Below, piece by piece: positions 9,150-18,523 of a stretch of 64,000 bases of DNA. The position numbers were made by a program, and so were the translations under genes. The notes beneath the pieces are model-generated. The model saw only the letters and a list, made by a program, of their open reading frames with translations. It had not been told where the DNA came from and searched no databases. Positions within the stretch are counted from its first letter, which is position 1, and each line of letters opens with the position of its first letter. Source of the stretch: Streptosporangiaceae bacterium (lineage in GTDB: Bacteria; Actinomycetota; Actinomycetes; Streptosporangiales; Streptosporangiaceae); the NCBI GenBank assembly GCA_035532275.1, contig DATKRG010000203.1, forward strand, positions 69 to 64,068, written 5' to 3'.

Positions 9150-9697
9150 GCGCTTCGCCCAGATCGGTAGGCGTATGGCTGCGGAATCCTGAGCACCGAA
9201 GGAAAGACGCGGTCGAACGCGTGGTTCGTGTGCGGCCACCCGAGCCCCATGCTCGCCAGTGACCGTCCGTGATAGCCGTCGGCCAGAGCCAGCCACGGAC
9301 CAGTGTGCTGAGGCCGGTTCAGCATCGCCAGCTTCATGGCCATCTCCACGGCCAGGCTGCCATGAAGAGTGAACCCGATCCGCTTGAGATCCCCCGGCGC
9401 CGACTCCGTCATGGCCTTGCTCAAGAGCAGAAGTGGAATGGAGTCGAAGTTGGACCTGAGGTGACTGAGCTGGCGGGCCTGCGCAAGAGCGGCTTCGACC
9501 ACTTCGGGAACCGAGGCCCCGATGTTGTTCGACCAGGCCATCGAAGTGCAGTCGATGTACTCGCTGCCCTTGGAGTCCCAGACAAGCGCGCCAGAGGCCC
9601 TGGTGATGACCAGGCCAGGCTCGCTGCCCGAAGACCACCCGCTGAGCAGCGCAGCCCTTCCGGCAGCCAGGTCATCTTCAGCATAGCTAGTTGGCAC
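9150..9697 (-). pseudogene. Class III (PLP) aminotransferase, 5' fragment only (3' half missing)
   Basis: GTG 9697 is preceded by GAGAGGA. LVITRASGALVWDSKGSEYIDCTSMAWSNNIGASVPEVVEAALAQARQL...ADGYHGRSLASMGLG...RIPQPYAYRS matches the first ~180 aa of the family. The sequence then diverges and stops at 9032, with no Lys/PLP region. Confidence 0.7.
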
Positions 9698-9779
9698 TGA
9701 AGATCCTCTCGTCACTATTTCCGTTTCCGCCAACCCTAGGTAGGTCGAAGACCAGGAAGAAGGACGAATCAGTGTCAGA

Positions 9780-9802
9780 ATTATGTCTGTAATCGACATA
9801 AT
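9780..9802. promoter_or_regulatory. Perfect interrupted dyad ATTATGTC-N7-GACATAAT in the LysR/aminotransferase divergent intergenic region (candidate LysR site)
   Basis: Arms at 9780-9787 and 9795-9802 are exact reverse complements (checked by hand). The dyad sits in an AT-richer 160-bp divergent promoter region. Confidence 0.4.
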
Positions 9803-9858
9803 GACGTAGCATGGACGTGGCATGCCCGCTGTCGTGTGCCGTGTCTGGTAGGAGCAGC

Positions 9859-10756
9859 CGTGCAGAACGTGACTCTCCGTCAGCTCGAGGCCTTCCTCGC
9901 CGTCGCAGAGGAACTCCACTTCGGCCGCGCCGCCGAGCGCCTGTCTGTCTCAGCACCCTGGATGAGTCACACAGTCCGCGATCTCGAGCGGGCGCTGCGC
10001 GTCAAGTTGCTGAGCCGCACCACGCGCACGGTCGAGATGACCCCGGCGGGCCAGGTGTTCGCCGGCCTCGCCAGCCAAATCCTCACCGAACTATCGTCGG
10101 CGATCAAGACAGTGCGCAGCATGAGCGCGACACCGCGCGGAACGCTGAAGCTGGGCTACACGATCGGGGCTGGCCTAGAGGTAGTACCAAGGCTGCTGCG
10201 CACCTACCTCGAAAGAGAACCCGATGCAGGTATCGAGACCGAGGAGTTCGACTTCACCGATCCCTCAGCCGGGCTGCGGGACAACCTCGTCAACGCCGCC
10301 GTCGTGCGACCGCCGCTCGGGCTGGCGGGCCTGGTGTCAGTGGAGCTTGCCACCGAGCGGCTCGTCGCCTCTCTACCAGAGGACCATCCGCTGGCGGGCC
10401 GGGAATCACTTGGCGTCGCGGACGTGCTGCCCGAGCCGATCATCGCCGCGCCCGTCTCCCCGGGCCCGTGGCGCGACTACTGGATACTCACCGACTACCG
10501 GTCAGGACCGGCGCCGGTAGTCGCCGAGGCGAGCACCCTGGACGCGGAAATGCATCTCGTCGCCAGGGGCGTTGGACTGAGCATCACGTCCGAAGCAGTC
10601 GGGCTCTGGTACAAGCGGCCAGGCGTGACATTCGTGCCGATTCTTGACCTGCCCCCATGCTCAGTGTCACTTGCCTGGTGGCCCCAAGACACCGGCCTGG
10701 TGGCCGAGCTGGCGGCCGTCGCCAACGAGGTCAGAGCAAGAATCGCCGAGACCTGA
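9859..10756 (+). CDS. LysR family transcriptional regulator
   Basis: VQNVTLRQLEAFLAVAEELHFGRAAERLSVS... (LysR HTH) followed by a substrate-binding domain. GTG 9859 lies within ORF 9836-10756. Confidence 0.9.
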
Positions 10757-10868
10757 CGCGTAGCGAGCGATACCAGACCACTCCCTCCTGTCAGAAGCTC
10801 CCGGCGCGGTCGTTAGCAGGTCGTGGCCACTGCTGCCCGGCGCATTCGCCTGGCCGCTGTCGGTGATG

Positions 10869-10941
10869 CCTGAAAACTGACCCTTTAGCAACGTCTGAAA
10901 GTTGACCCCCTGTGGTCACCGGGCGTGGCAGAAGGGGTCAG
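10869..10941. repeat. Cluster of CTGAAA-NN-TGACCC direct repeats plus an inverted GGGGTCAG copy at the jetD truncation point
   Basis: cctgaaaactgaccc (10869-10883) and tctgaaagttgaccc (10894-10908) match at 12 of 14 core positions. ggggtcag (10934-10941) is the inverted copy, 4 nt before the jetD stop codon. Confidence 0.3.
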
Positions 10942-10944
10942 TGA

Positions 10945-11427
10945 TTACTTTTGGATGAGTGGGCTGAGATCCGGCGCCTGCACCGGTCGCAGGGCCTTGG
11001 GATCAAGGCGGTCGCGCGGCATCGACTCAAGGCCCGAGCGGATGGCCAGTGCCCGGAGCACGAGGGTGGCGAGTGAACCGCCCGCAAGCAGTGCCTTGGT
11101 GTCTCCCGTGACCTGTTCGGCGAGCACCGGCAGCGGGATCGGGTTGCGCAGCGGTCCGCCGAGCATGACCAGGCAGTCATGCAGACCGGCGCCGTGCCCC
11201 TGCCGCAGGGCCGCGTCCAGCGTGACGAGCTCGATGGTGAGCCGTTTCACCGTCTGCGGCCGGTAGCTGCCGGTGATGCCGATGACCAGCCGCCGTTCGG
11301 CGTCGGTGGGCGAGTTCAGTCCGATCGAGCGGTCCAGCGCGCCGCCGGTCCGTTCCAGGTCGCGCCGGGCCGCGGCGAACAGCCGTTTCCAGCCCTCCCC
11401 GCGCAGCTCGGTCAGATCCCCAGCCAT
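10945..11427 (-). pseudogene. jetD: Wadjet JetD (TIGR02679-like), N-terminal ~160 codons only; C-terminal Toprim/nuclease half absent
   Basis: ATG 11427 lies 8 nt after the jetC stop. MAGDLTELRGEGWKRLFAAARRDLERTGGALDRSIGLNSPTDAERRLVIGITG... resembles the JetD N-terminal arm domain. The ORF stops at 10945. No continuation exists in any frame before the LysR gene end at 10756. Confidence 0.6.
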
Positions 11428-11434
11428 GGTGTCC

Positions 11435-14400
11435 TCACGCCGCTGCGGTGACCGTCCGCCGGGTGCTGGGCGAACCGAGCGCGGCGGACAGCTCGCCCGC
11501 TTCGTCGGCGAGGAGCTGTGCTCCATCCCACACCAGCAACAGCGCGCTGACGGTGTGCTCGAGGGGGGAGTGCGCCAGGTCGTAGTGCGCGGCGGCGCGG
11601 ACGGCAGCCTGGGTCGCCCACAGGTCGTAGCCGGTCATGAACAGGTCCAGATCGAACTGGGCGGCAAGGCCCATCAGTTCGCCGCGGCCAGTGTCGTCCA
11701 CCCCGGCGAACGCCTCGTCAAGCGCGAGCAGTCGCGGGGCGTGCGGATGCGCCGAGTTCAGCATCGCGTGCGCGGCGGCGAACAGCGGCAGGTGCAGTGA
11801 GACCGATTGCTCGCCGCCGGACAGCCGGCTGTGCCGGGAGCGGGTCAGCTTCTCCTCGGCGCCCCCAGGGCTGACCATCTGGAACACGAACTGCCGCCAG
11901 CGACGGTAGTCCAGCACCTGGGCCAGCAACTCTCGGTAGGGGAGTTCACGGTGCCGGGCACGAGCGGTCTTGATCTGCGCGGCGAAGTGGCCGCGCATCC
12001 GGGCGAGGGAGTCCGGGTTGAGCCGGGAGGCGTCGGCGTCCAGCAGCCCGCACACCGCTCGCTGTTCGTCGTCGAGCGCGTCCGCCAGCAGCCACCTCAC
12101 GCCGACCGTCTTGCCCGAGGACATCTTCCGGGACCGCATCTCGGTGTTCATCCGGCTGATCAGGTCCTTGGCGTCCACGGTCCGCTCGTGGATCTGCTGA
12201 GCGAGCCTGGCCAGCAGTGCGTCTTCGAGGATGCGCTGCTCGGAGTCGGTCAGCAGCAGTTGCTGGTCGCGACGAGCGGCCGCGATGCGCTCCGAGAAGG
12301 CGCCGACCGGGAGCGGGCCCTGTTCATCGGCGATGCGGACGACGATGACGCCGTCGGCACCGTCCCACTCGGGGTGGTAGTCCTGGCCGGCCGCGGCGAG
12401 CTGGGTCTGCAGATCCTCCAGCGCCCGGGTCAGCCGGGTGGTGGAGATCTTCAGCGACGTCTCGGTCGGTGTGAGGTCGCGGGTGACCTCGAGGATTGCC
12501 TCGTGCACGTCGGCTGCCGCCTGGGGCAGATCATCACCGGTCCAGTCCGCCTCCTGCGCGGGCCAGGCGAGACCCGGCGGGCATTTCAGCACGTCCAGCA
12601 GTTCCCGGGCGGCGAACGGCGCGAGACCGCGCGCGGTGGCCCGCTCCTCCGCCAAGGCGACGTCGAGGGCGCGCCTGCCGCTGGCGACCCGCTCGGCCGT
12701 GGCGCTGACAGCCTTGATGGCCTCGACCTCGGCGGCGCGGGCGGAATGCTCGGCCGACTGGGCGGCCGTGATGCCCCGCTCGGCCGTTTCGATCTGTGCC
12801 ATCACCTCGTTGGCCTCCTTGCCTACGGCGCCCCGCAGCGCAGCCAGCTTGGCGGCCTCCTCGGTGTGCCGGCGGCGGGCCTGGAGCTCGGTTTCGGCGC
12901 AGGCGCGCTCCTCGTCGGCGGCCTGTTCCAGCCGGCCCCGGGCGCCGGTGACGACGCCGCGCTGCTGTGCCTCCTCACGGCGGCGGCTGGTGAGGCTGGC
13001 GACGGCGGCCTCAAACCGCCGGGTGGCGGCCTCCACCCGGTCGGCCTGGTCCCATTCGATGGCGTGGTCGGCGGCGGCACGGCGCAGCGCCCGTTCGGTG
13101 ACGGTGCAGGCGGCCACCGACTCGTCGTAGCCGGACTGAGCGCCGTCCGCGCCCGCCCGGGCCGAGCGCAGCTCCCCGACGGCCTGGGAGTGCATGCGCA
13201 GCGCGGCGGCGATCGCGGCGGTGCGGGGGAGCGCGGCGCGCGCCTGCGCGAAGGCGGACAATGTGGCGGTCAGCCCGGTGAGCATCCGGTCGAGGCCGGT
13301 CAGCAGCTCCTCCAGCGCGGCGATCCGAGCCTCGCACTCGGCGAGGCGCGCGGCCCGGCGGCGGGCCCGGGCGGTGACTCCGATGTACTCGGCGTGGTCC
13401 TTGTGGTGCGCGCCGGCGGTGACACCGTGGGAGTAGCGGCCGTCGGCGCCGATCACGGCGGCAGCGGAGAACAACTCGCCATCCAGGGCGATGGAGGCCA
13501 GCACCGCGCCGATCCGCGTGGCAGGCACCGGGGTGTCATCCTCGGGCACCAGCACGCGGGCGAGGCTGGTGCCCGCCACCGGCGTGCCGGGGACCAGGTA
13601 GCCGTCGCTGTCCCCGGCGGTGGGCTCGTGGCCGTCCGGCGTGATCCAGGCATCGAGCATGCCGGTGGCTTCCAGTGCCGCTTCCAGCGCGGCGGCCCGC
13701 GTCTCACCGACGTCGCCGGCGAAGCGGACCAGCCGCCACAGCGGTGCGCCGCGGCGTCCCGCCCGGTCGGCAGCGCGTCCGGGGTGGGCCGGCGGCGCGT
13801 CGTCGCGCTGCGAGGCGATGCGGTCCCGCTCCTGCGCGACGCGCGCCCGTTCGGCCTGCGCGGTGGCGCGCTCGGCGCGCAGCCGCGCCTGCTCGTCACG
13901 GACGGACTGCTCGGCGGCGGCGGTCGCGCCGGCGAACACCGACTCGAGAGTGGCGGCATCCGGATCGCCGAACGCCTCGATGGTCATGCTGAGGCCCTCC
14001 GTCAGTTCCCGCATCGCCGTCTCGTCCAGCACATCGGCGTGGTTGGCCGCCCACCGTGTCAGTGCGGCCTGCGCGTCGGCGCGGGCCGCGGCCACCGTGT
14101 CGGCGGCGGCCTGTTCGGCCTGCTCGGCGGCGGTCACCGCCGCCAGCGCCCGGTCGAGCGCGAGCCTGGCCAGATCGCGGGCGTGCTCGGCCCTGCGGTG
14201 CGCCTCCAGCGCGGCCCGCACCGCGCGGACTGCTTCCAGCCGGGCGGTGACCCTGGCCCCGGCACGTTCGGCGAACCCGTCGGCCCCGGCGTCGGCGGGC
14301 TGCCAGCCGATCCCGGCCGCGGCGGCGTGATCGGCGAGTTCGGCCGCGGTGCGCGAGACCACCGACTCCAGGTCGGCGAGTAGCGCCGCGGCTTGCTCCA

Positions 14401-15490
14401 GGTCGGCGCGGGCACGGGCGGTCGCCGCACTGCGCCGGGCGAGTTCCGCGTCGGCCTCGGCGGCGTTCCGCTCGTTGGTGCGGACGAGCCGTTCAAGGTC
14501 GGCGAGCTGCTCGACCGCCTGGTAGGCGCTGCTGGACTTCAGCTGGTCGAGCCGTGCGCGCAAGCCGGCGAAAGCGTTCTCCGACTCCTCCCGGCGGGCC
14601 TGCGTCTGCACCTGCTCGGTTTCGGCGCTCGCCAGGGCCACGGTGTCGTTGGCGAGCTCGGTGCGTCGCTGCGCACTGGCGTCATGGCGGCGGGTGAGCG
14701 CGTCGGCGGCCGACCGGGCGTGGGTGCGCAGATAGGTGGTGTAGGAGGCGAGGAAGGTGCGGGTGGCCTCGTCGGCGGCAGTCAGCCCCTCCAGCGCGAT
14801 AGCGACCGCCTCCATGTCGTCGAACGAGCGGGCCGCCTCGGCGATCAGGTCGTCGTCGACCGGGCGCAGCCCGTCGGTGAGCGTGTCCGACAACTTCGCC
14901 GGGTCGAGGTTCTTGGCCAGCTGCGGCCGCCGCAGCGTCAGGATCAGGGTGAGCAGCTGTTCGTAGCGTTCCCGGCCGAGGCCGAACAACCGCTGGTCGA
15001 TGGCGGCCCGGTAATCGGTGGGGGAGGCGTGCAGGCTCGCCTCCCCGATCTCCTCGGCGAGCTGCTTGCGGGTCATGGGCCGGTCGTCGCCGGTGATGAG
15101 CGAGAAGTCCTCGCCGACCCGGCCGTCGGCGACGAAGTGCCAGCGGACCGGGGTGTCGCGGTGCTTCTGTGCGTGCAGGCCGATGCCGATGGTGACCGCC
15201 TCGCCAGTGTCGCGATGCCGCAGCTCCAGCCACACATAGCCGACGGCGTTCTCGCCGCCGCGGAACAGGAGGTTGGCCTTCATGGTCCGGTCCTCGGCGG
15301 CGAACGGGTTCAGCCGCTTCGGGTCGATCCGGCCGTCCAGCACGAACGGGAACAGAACCTCAAGAGCCTTGGTCTTCCCGGAGCCGTTCGGGCCGCGCAG
15401 GATCAGCCAGCCACCGGCGAAGCAGAACTCCTCGTCCCGGTAGTCCCACATGTTGATGATTCCGGCCCGGGCGGGTTGGAAACGTGTCAC
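11435..15490 (-). CDS. jetC: Wadjet JetC, SMC-like ABC ATPase (TIGR02680-like)
   Basis: ~1,350 aa. N-terminal Walker A LRGPNGSGKTKALE. A long Ala/Arg/Glu-rich coiled-coil middle. C-terminal LSGGEQSVSLHLPLFAAA (signature) and LLALDEAFAGVD (Walker B). GTG 15490 is preceded by GAAGGAAGG at 6 nt (alternative start 15562). Confidence 0.85.
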   Translation of the reverse strand: MTRFQPARAGIINMWDYRDEEFCFAGGWLILRGPNGSGKTKALEVLFPFVLDGRIDPKRLNPFAAEDRTMKANLLFRGGENAVGYVWLELRHRDTGEAVTIGIGLHAQKHRDTPVRWHFVADGRVGEDFSLITGDDRPMTRKQLAEEIGEASLHASPTDYRAAIDQRLFGLGRERYEQLLTLILTLRRPQLAKNLDPAKLSDTLTDGLRPVDDDLIAEAARSFDDMEAVAIALEGLTAADEATRTFLASYTTYLRTHARSAADALTRRHDASAQRRTELANDTVALASAETEQVQTQARREESENAFAGLRARLDQLKSSSAYQAVEQLADLERLVRTNERNAAEADAELARRSAATARARADLEQAAALLADLESVVSRTAAELADHAAAAGIGWQPADAGADGFAERAGARVTARLEAVRAVRAALEAHRRAEHARDLARLALDRALAAVTAAEQAEQAAADTVAAARADAQAALTRWAANHADVLDETAMRELTEGLSMTIEAFGDPDAATLESVFAGATAAAEQSVRDEQARLRAERATAQAERARVAQERDRIASQRDDAPPAHPGRAADRAGRRGAPLWRLVRFAGDVGETRAAALEAALEATGMLDAWITPDGHEPTAGDSDGYLVPGTPVAGTSLARVLVPEDDTPVPATRIGAVLASIALDGELFSAAAVIGADGRYSHGVTAGAHHKDHAEYIGVTARARRRAARLAECEARIAALEELLTGLDRMLTGLTATLSAFAQARAALPRTAAIAAALRMHSQAVGELRSARAGADGAQSGYDESVAACTVTERALRRAAADHAIEWDQADRVEAATRRFEAAVASLTSRRREEAQQRGVVTGARGRLEQAADEERACAETELQARRRHTEEAAKLAALRGAVGKEANEVMAQIETAERGITAAQSAEHSARAAEVEAIKAVSATAERVASGRRALDVALAEERATARGLAPFAARELLDVLKCPPGLAWPAQEADWTGDDLPQAAADVHEAILEVTRDLTPTETSLKISTTRLTRALEDLQTQLAAAGQDYHPEWDGADGVIVVRIADEQGPLPVGAFSERIAAARRDQQLLLTDSEQRILEDALLARLAQQIHERTVDAKDLISRMNTEMRSRKMSSGKTVGVRWLLADALDDEQRAVCGLLDADASRLNPDSLARMRGHFAAQIKTARARHRELPYRELLAQVLDYRRWRQFVFQMVSPGGAEEKLTRSRHSRLSGGEQSVSLHLPLFAAAHAMLNSAHPHAPRLLALDEAFAGVDDTGRGELMGLAAQFDLDLFMTGYDLWATQAAVRAAAHYDLAHSPLEHTVSALLLVWDGAQLLADEAGELSAALGSPSTRRTVTAAA

Positions 15491-15551
15491 GTGGAGCCTT
15501 CCTTCGCGGTCATTCTGTGATGCCGTTGGCAGGCAATGGCACCGCCGGGGC

Positions 15552-16937
15552 TCAGGACGCACCCGGCGGCGGGTTCTTGATCTGCGCGGTGACGCTGCGG
15601 TAACGGGCCAGCAGCGGCATCACCAGCACGCCGCCGTCCACCCTTGCCACCAGGCCCAGCGAGGCGAGCAACGCGACCGCCTCGGCCGCCAGACGGCCCG
15701 GGTCGGCGGCCTGCTTCTCCGCCATGCCGGCGCCGAAGTCCTCGACCAGCTTCCGCAGCTCGGCGCGCAGCCACACGTCGCCGAGGAACGGGTAGGCGGC
15801 CTCGGCGGTGCCGTCCTGCGCGTCTGATCCGGAATCGGCTCCGGTCCCCCACTCGCTGATCTCCGGCCGCCATGCCCCTCCGGCGAGCAAGTCGGCGACG
15901 CGGCCCCGGTCCGGCAGGGCCGCGTCGATCCGCTGGGCGGCTTCGGCGAGCCGTTCCGCGGCGGTGGCCGCGGGTATCCGTTCAATCCTGGAACTGTGGT
16001 AGCGCAGGTAGCCGGCAATCCGCGCGCACAGCAGCAGCGCGGCCTGCGCGACGGTGCCGGTCGACGGGAACGTCACGTCGGTGAGCCGCTGCCCGGCGTT
16101 GACCAGCGCCACGCCTTCGGCGCGCCGCTCCAGATCCAGGCCGGTGAGCCGCCCGGCATCCTCGGCGAGGCTGGCCGAGCGGAGCTGGCCGCGCAGGTCC
16201 TCGTCGACGTCGGCATAGTAGACGACCGGCTGCTCCACGACGAGCCGCCGGGCACGCCGCGCGTTCACGCGCCGCCGCGCCTCCCGCCCCTGGGCCGGTG
16301 CGGTACCGCCGCCGGGGCTGTCCAGCAGCTCGGTGACCGAGTCCAGATGCTGCAGCACCCGGCTCGGCGCGTAGATGGCGCCGACCACCTCGCGGTCGAT
16401 GTCGTAAAGCGCCTCGGCGCGTTGCGGGTCGTTGGCCCACTCGATGGCCGAGCCGTCGGCCATCCGCAGGGCGCCGCGCACCTCCAGCCAGGTGACGGCG
16501 TCCACGAACGCGTCCCGGTCGGGTTTGCGGCCGGTGTCCATGCCCAGGCCGTCGATGCGCGCGGCGTCGGCGGCGACCGCGTCGGCCAGCTCGCTGAGCG
16601 CGATCTGAGTGCCGGAGCGGCCCACCGCGGACATTGTCAGCACCAGGTAGGCGTAGCGGCGGCGGTCGAATGGCCGGCCCGCGCGGGTGAGGGCCGGGCG
16701 GGTGCCGTCCAGCGTGTCCTGCACCCGGCGCAGCCGGATGGTGTCGCCGCTGGCCAGGAGCGTGTACCCGAGGACCTCGCCGAAGTCGGTCCGCAGTTGC
16801 CTGACCCACTTGCGCACGAGCGGAAGCGTCGAGGCGTCCGGATATGACGCGGTGATCAGCGGGTGGCGCAGCACCAGCCGCGCCGCCTTCTGGTATTCGG
16901 CCAGCTCGAGCGCGTCGATGCCGGCGGCGACCCTCAT
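15552..16937 (-). CDS. jetB: Wadjet JetB (TIGR02678/DUF2398-like)
   Basis: ATG 16937 overlaps the jetA stop in ATGA. MRVAAGIDALELAEYQKAARLVLRHPLITASYPD...LVRKWVRQLRTDF... 461 aa. Position between jetA and jetC. The remainder of ORF 15552-17453 is an out-of-frame overlap with jetA. Confidence 0.8.
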   Translation of the reverse strand: MRVAAGIDALELAEYQKAARLVLRHPLITASYPDASTLPLVRKWVRQLRTDFGEVLGYTLLASGDTIRLRRVQDTLDGTRPALTRAGRPFDRRRYAYLVLTMSAVGRSGTQIALSELADAVAADAARIDGLGMDTGRKPDRDAFVDAVTWLEVRGALRMADGSAIEWANDPQRAEALYDIDREVVGAIYAPSRVLQHLDSVTELLDSPGGGTAPAQGREARRRVNARRARRLVVEQPVVYYADVDEDLRGQLRSASLAEDAGRLTGLDLERRAEGVALVNAGQRLTDVTFPSTGTVAQAALLLCARIAGYLRYHSSRIERIPAATAAERLAEAAQRIDAALPDRGRVADLLAGGAWRPEISEWGTGADSGSDAQDGTAEAAYPFLGDVWLRAELRKLVEDFGAGMAEKQAADPGRLAAEAVALLASLGLVARVDGGVLVMPLLARYRSVTAQIKNPPPGAS

Positions 16938-18469
16938 CCGGAGACCTCCACGGCCAGGCCGTCCAGATGCAGCCGGCCGCGGACCGTGTGCACGGTCGTG
17001 GACCCAGGGGCGGGCCGCAACGTGAGCCGCACCCCGTGCGCGGACCCGCTCGCCGTCCGGCTGACCGGGACCCGCGCGGACAACGCCACGTCCAGCAGGC
17101 TGAGCAGCGCCTGAGTCTCCGGCTCGTCCAGCACCCGGCCGTAGACGCCGTCGCCGGCCAGCGCCGCCGCCGCGGTGCGGCGCTGCGCGGTCGCCTTCAG
17201 CTGCTCGGCGCGCAGCCGCTGCTTCTCCTCGTCGTTGCGCTGGATCCGGCCGGGGCCGCGCAGCGCCTGGGCCTTTCCGTTGCGCACCAGCGTCCGGGAC
17301 AGCTCCACCGGCTCGGCTTCCCACCACGACAACCGGCTCGGGACCGCGTCGGGGTCCTCGTGCGCGGCTGAGACGTGCCGGGGTGCGCCGAGGCCGAACA
17401 CCGCCTGGAACAGCGCATGGGAGTCGTCGTCGGTCGGGCAGCCGGTGAACCATCGCGCCAGATGGCGCAGTTGGCTCTCCCGGCTCACCCCGCCGCGGCG
17501 CGACTCGGTGACCCGGCGCAGCAGCGCCGTGACGTTAGCGATCGCGGTGACCGTGGCGTCCTGCAGGCGTTCGGCCTCGCTGTGGCGGCCGCCGCCGAAC
17601 CACTGCACCAGGCCGCCCCAGCGCGCCCGCCAGTCCGCGACCCGTTCCTCGGCGCCGCGGAACAGCGACTCGTCGGCCTCCGCGGCGAGCCGGGCGAGGC
17701 GCTCCGCGCCGGCGGCATCCACCTCGGCGACCGCGGCGGCCAGGAGCGGCGCGAACCGGGTCAGCTCGGAATGGAACTCCCGCATGTGGGTGAGCAGCGC
17801 GTCCTTGTGCGCGAGGAACACCTCTGGCCGGGTGTCGTTGGTGCGCGCCAGATCGCCCAGCATCAGGTAGAAGCGGGCGGCGCGCTGCGCCATGTCGGCG
17901 AGTACGCCGTCCAGCCGGGACAGCTTCCGGTACACCTCGGCGGCGTCCCCGGACCGCGCCGCCTCGGCGAGCGATCGCAGGTCGGCGAGGATGTCGGGGA
18001 ACACGAGGCGGGACAGCTGGGCGTCTTCCACGCTGGCCGTCAGCACCTCTTCGACGGCCCGGAAGGCCCGGTATCCCGCCTGGGTGAACTGGTAGACGTA
18101 GTGCCGGTTGCGGTACTCGGCGAGGTTCGCGGCGCGGGTGCCGTCGTAGGAACGGTCCAGCACCTGCCATTCGGCGAGTGCGTCCAGCAGCGCCTGCACG
18201 TCGCCTCCGGCCGCCTCCGGGTGCTGCACGGCCAGTTCGCCGAGCACCTCGCTGGCGTCGGACGCGTGCATCAGCACCTGGTAGTTGGCTCGGGCCCGGT
18301 CGAAGGCGCGGAGCAGCCACAGGTACTCGTGGCGTTTCTCAGCGGCGGCGAAGTGGAACAGCCGGAGCCGGTCATCGAGGGTGAACGCGTCGATGCCGAA
18401 CGCAGCATCCTCTGCCGCCGTGTCGCGAGGAACAGAGGCGGTGCGAACGGGGGGATGACTACCGGTCAC
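16934..18469 (-). CDS. jetA: Wadjet JetA (TIGR02677/DUF2397-like)
   Basis: 511 aa, ...FHFAAAEKRHEYLWLLRAFDRARANYQVL...YRNRHYVYQFTQAGYRAFRAVEEVL... First gene of a four-gene set with the canonical order and sizes. Confidence 0.8.
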   Translation of the reverse strand: MTGSHPPVRTASVPRDTAAEDAAFGIDAFTLDDRLRLFHFAAAEKRHEYLWLLRAFDRARANYQVLMHASDASEVLGELAVQHPEAAGGDVQALLDALAEWQVLDRSYDGTRAANLAEYRNRHYVYQFTQAGYRAFRAVEEVLTASVEDAQLSRLVFPDILADLRSLAEAARSGDAAEVYRKLSRLDGVLADMAQRAARFYLMLGDLARTNDTRPEVFLAHKDALLTHMREFHSELTRFAPLLAAAVAEVDAAGAERLARLAAEADESLFRGAEERVADWRARWGGLVQWFGGGRHSEAERLQDATVTAIANVTALLRRVTESRRGGVSRESQLRHLARWFTGCPTDDDSHALFQAVFGLGAPRHVSAAHEDPDAVPSRLSWWEAEPVELSRTLVRNGKAQALRGPGRIQRNDEEKQRLRAEQLKATAQRRTAAAALAGDGVYGRVLDEPETQALLSLLDVALSARVPVSRTASGSAHGVRLTLRPAPGSTTVHTVRGRLHLDGLAVEVSG

Positions 18470-18523
18470 AAGTTCTGATCATCTCGATCATGGGGGGGTG
18501 TGGAACGGCCGGCCGACGTGATG

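Noticed and set aside
8985-9638. Upstream extension of ORF 8478-9638 (386-aa version)
   Set aside because: The extension is antisense or out of frame relative to the aminotransferase remnant and is low complexity. The plausible protein starts at ATG 8984.
10869-10941. Interpreting GGGGTCA... at the jetD break as a Tn3-family terminal inverted repeat
   Set aside because: Only the GGGG start is reminiscent. I could not align the length and the internal/TAAG end of the 38-bp Tn3-type IR, and no transposase or resolvase is nearby. I kept it only as an unexplained repeat cluster.
11807-14383. 858-aa ORF on the + strand
   Set aside because: It is antisense to jetC. Its composition (Gly/Arg/Pro/Ala-rich, no motifs) is typical of shadow ORFs in >70 percent G+C DNA. 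The minus-strand frame carries the clear SMC-like ATPase motifs.
16938-17453. Upstream extension of the jetB ORF (633-aa version)
   Set aside because: It overlaps jetA out of frame. ATG 16937 forms an ATGA overlap with the jetA stop and begins the recognisable JetB sequence.
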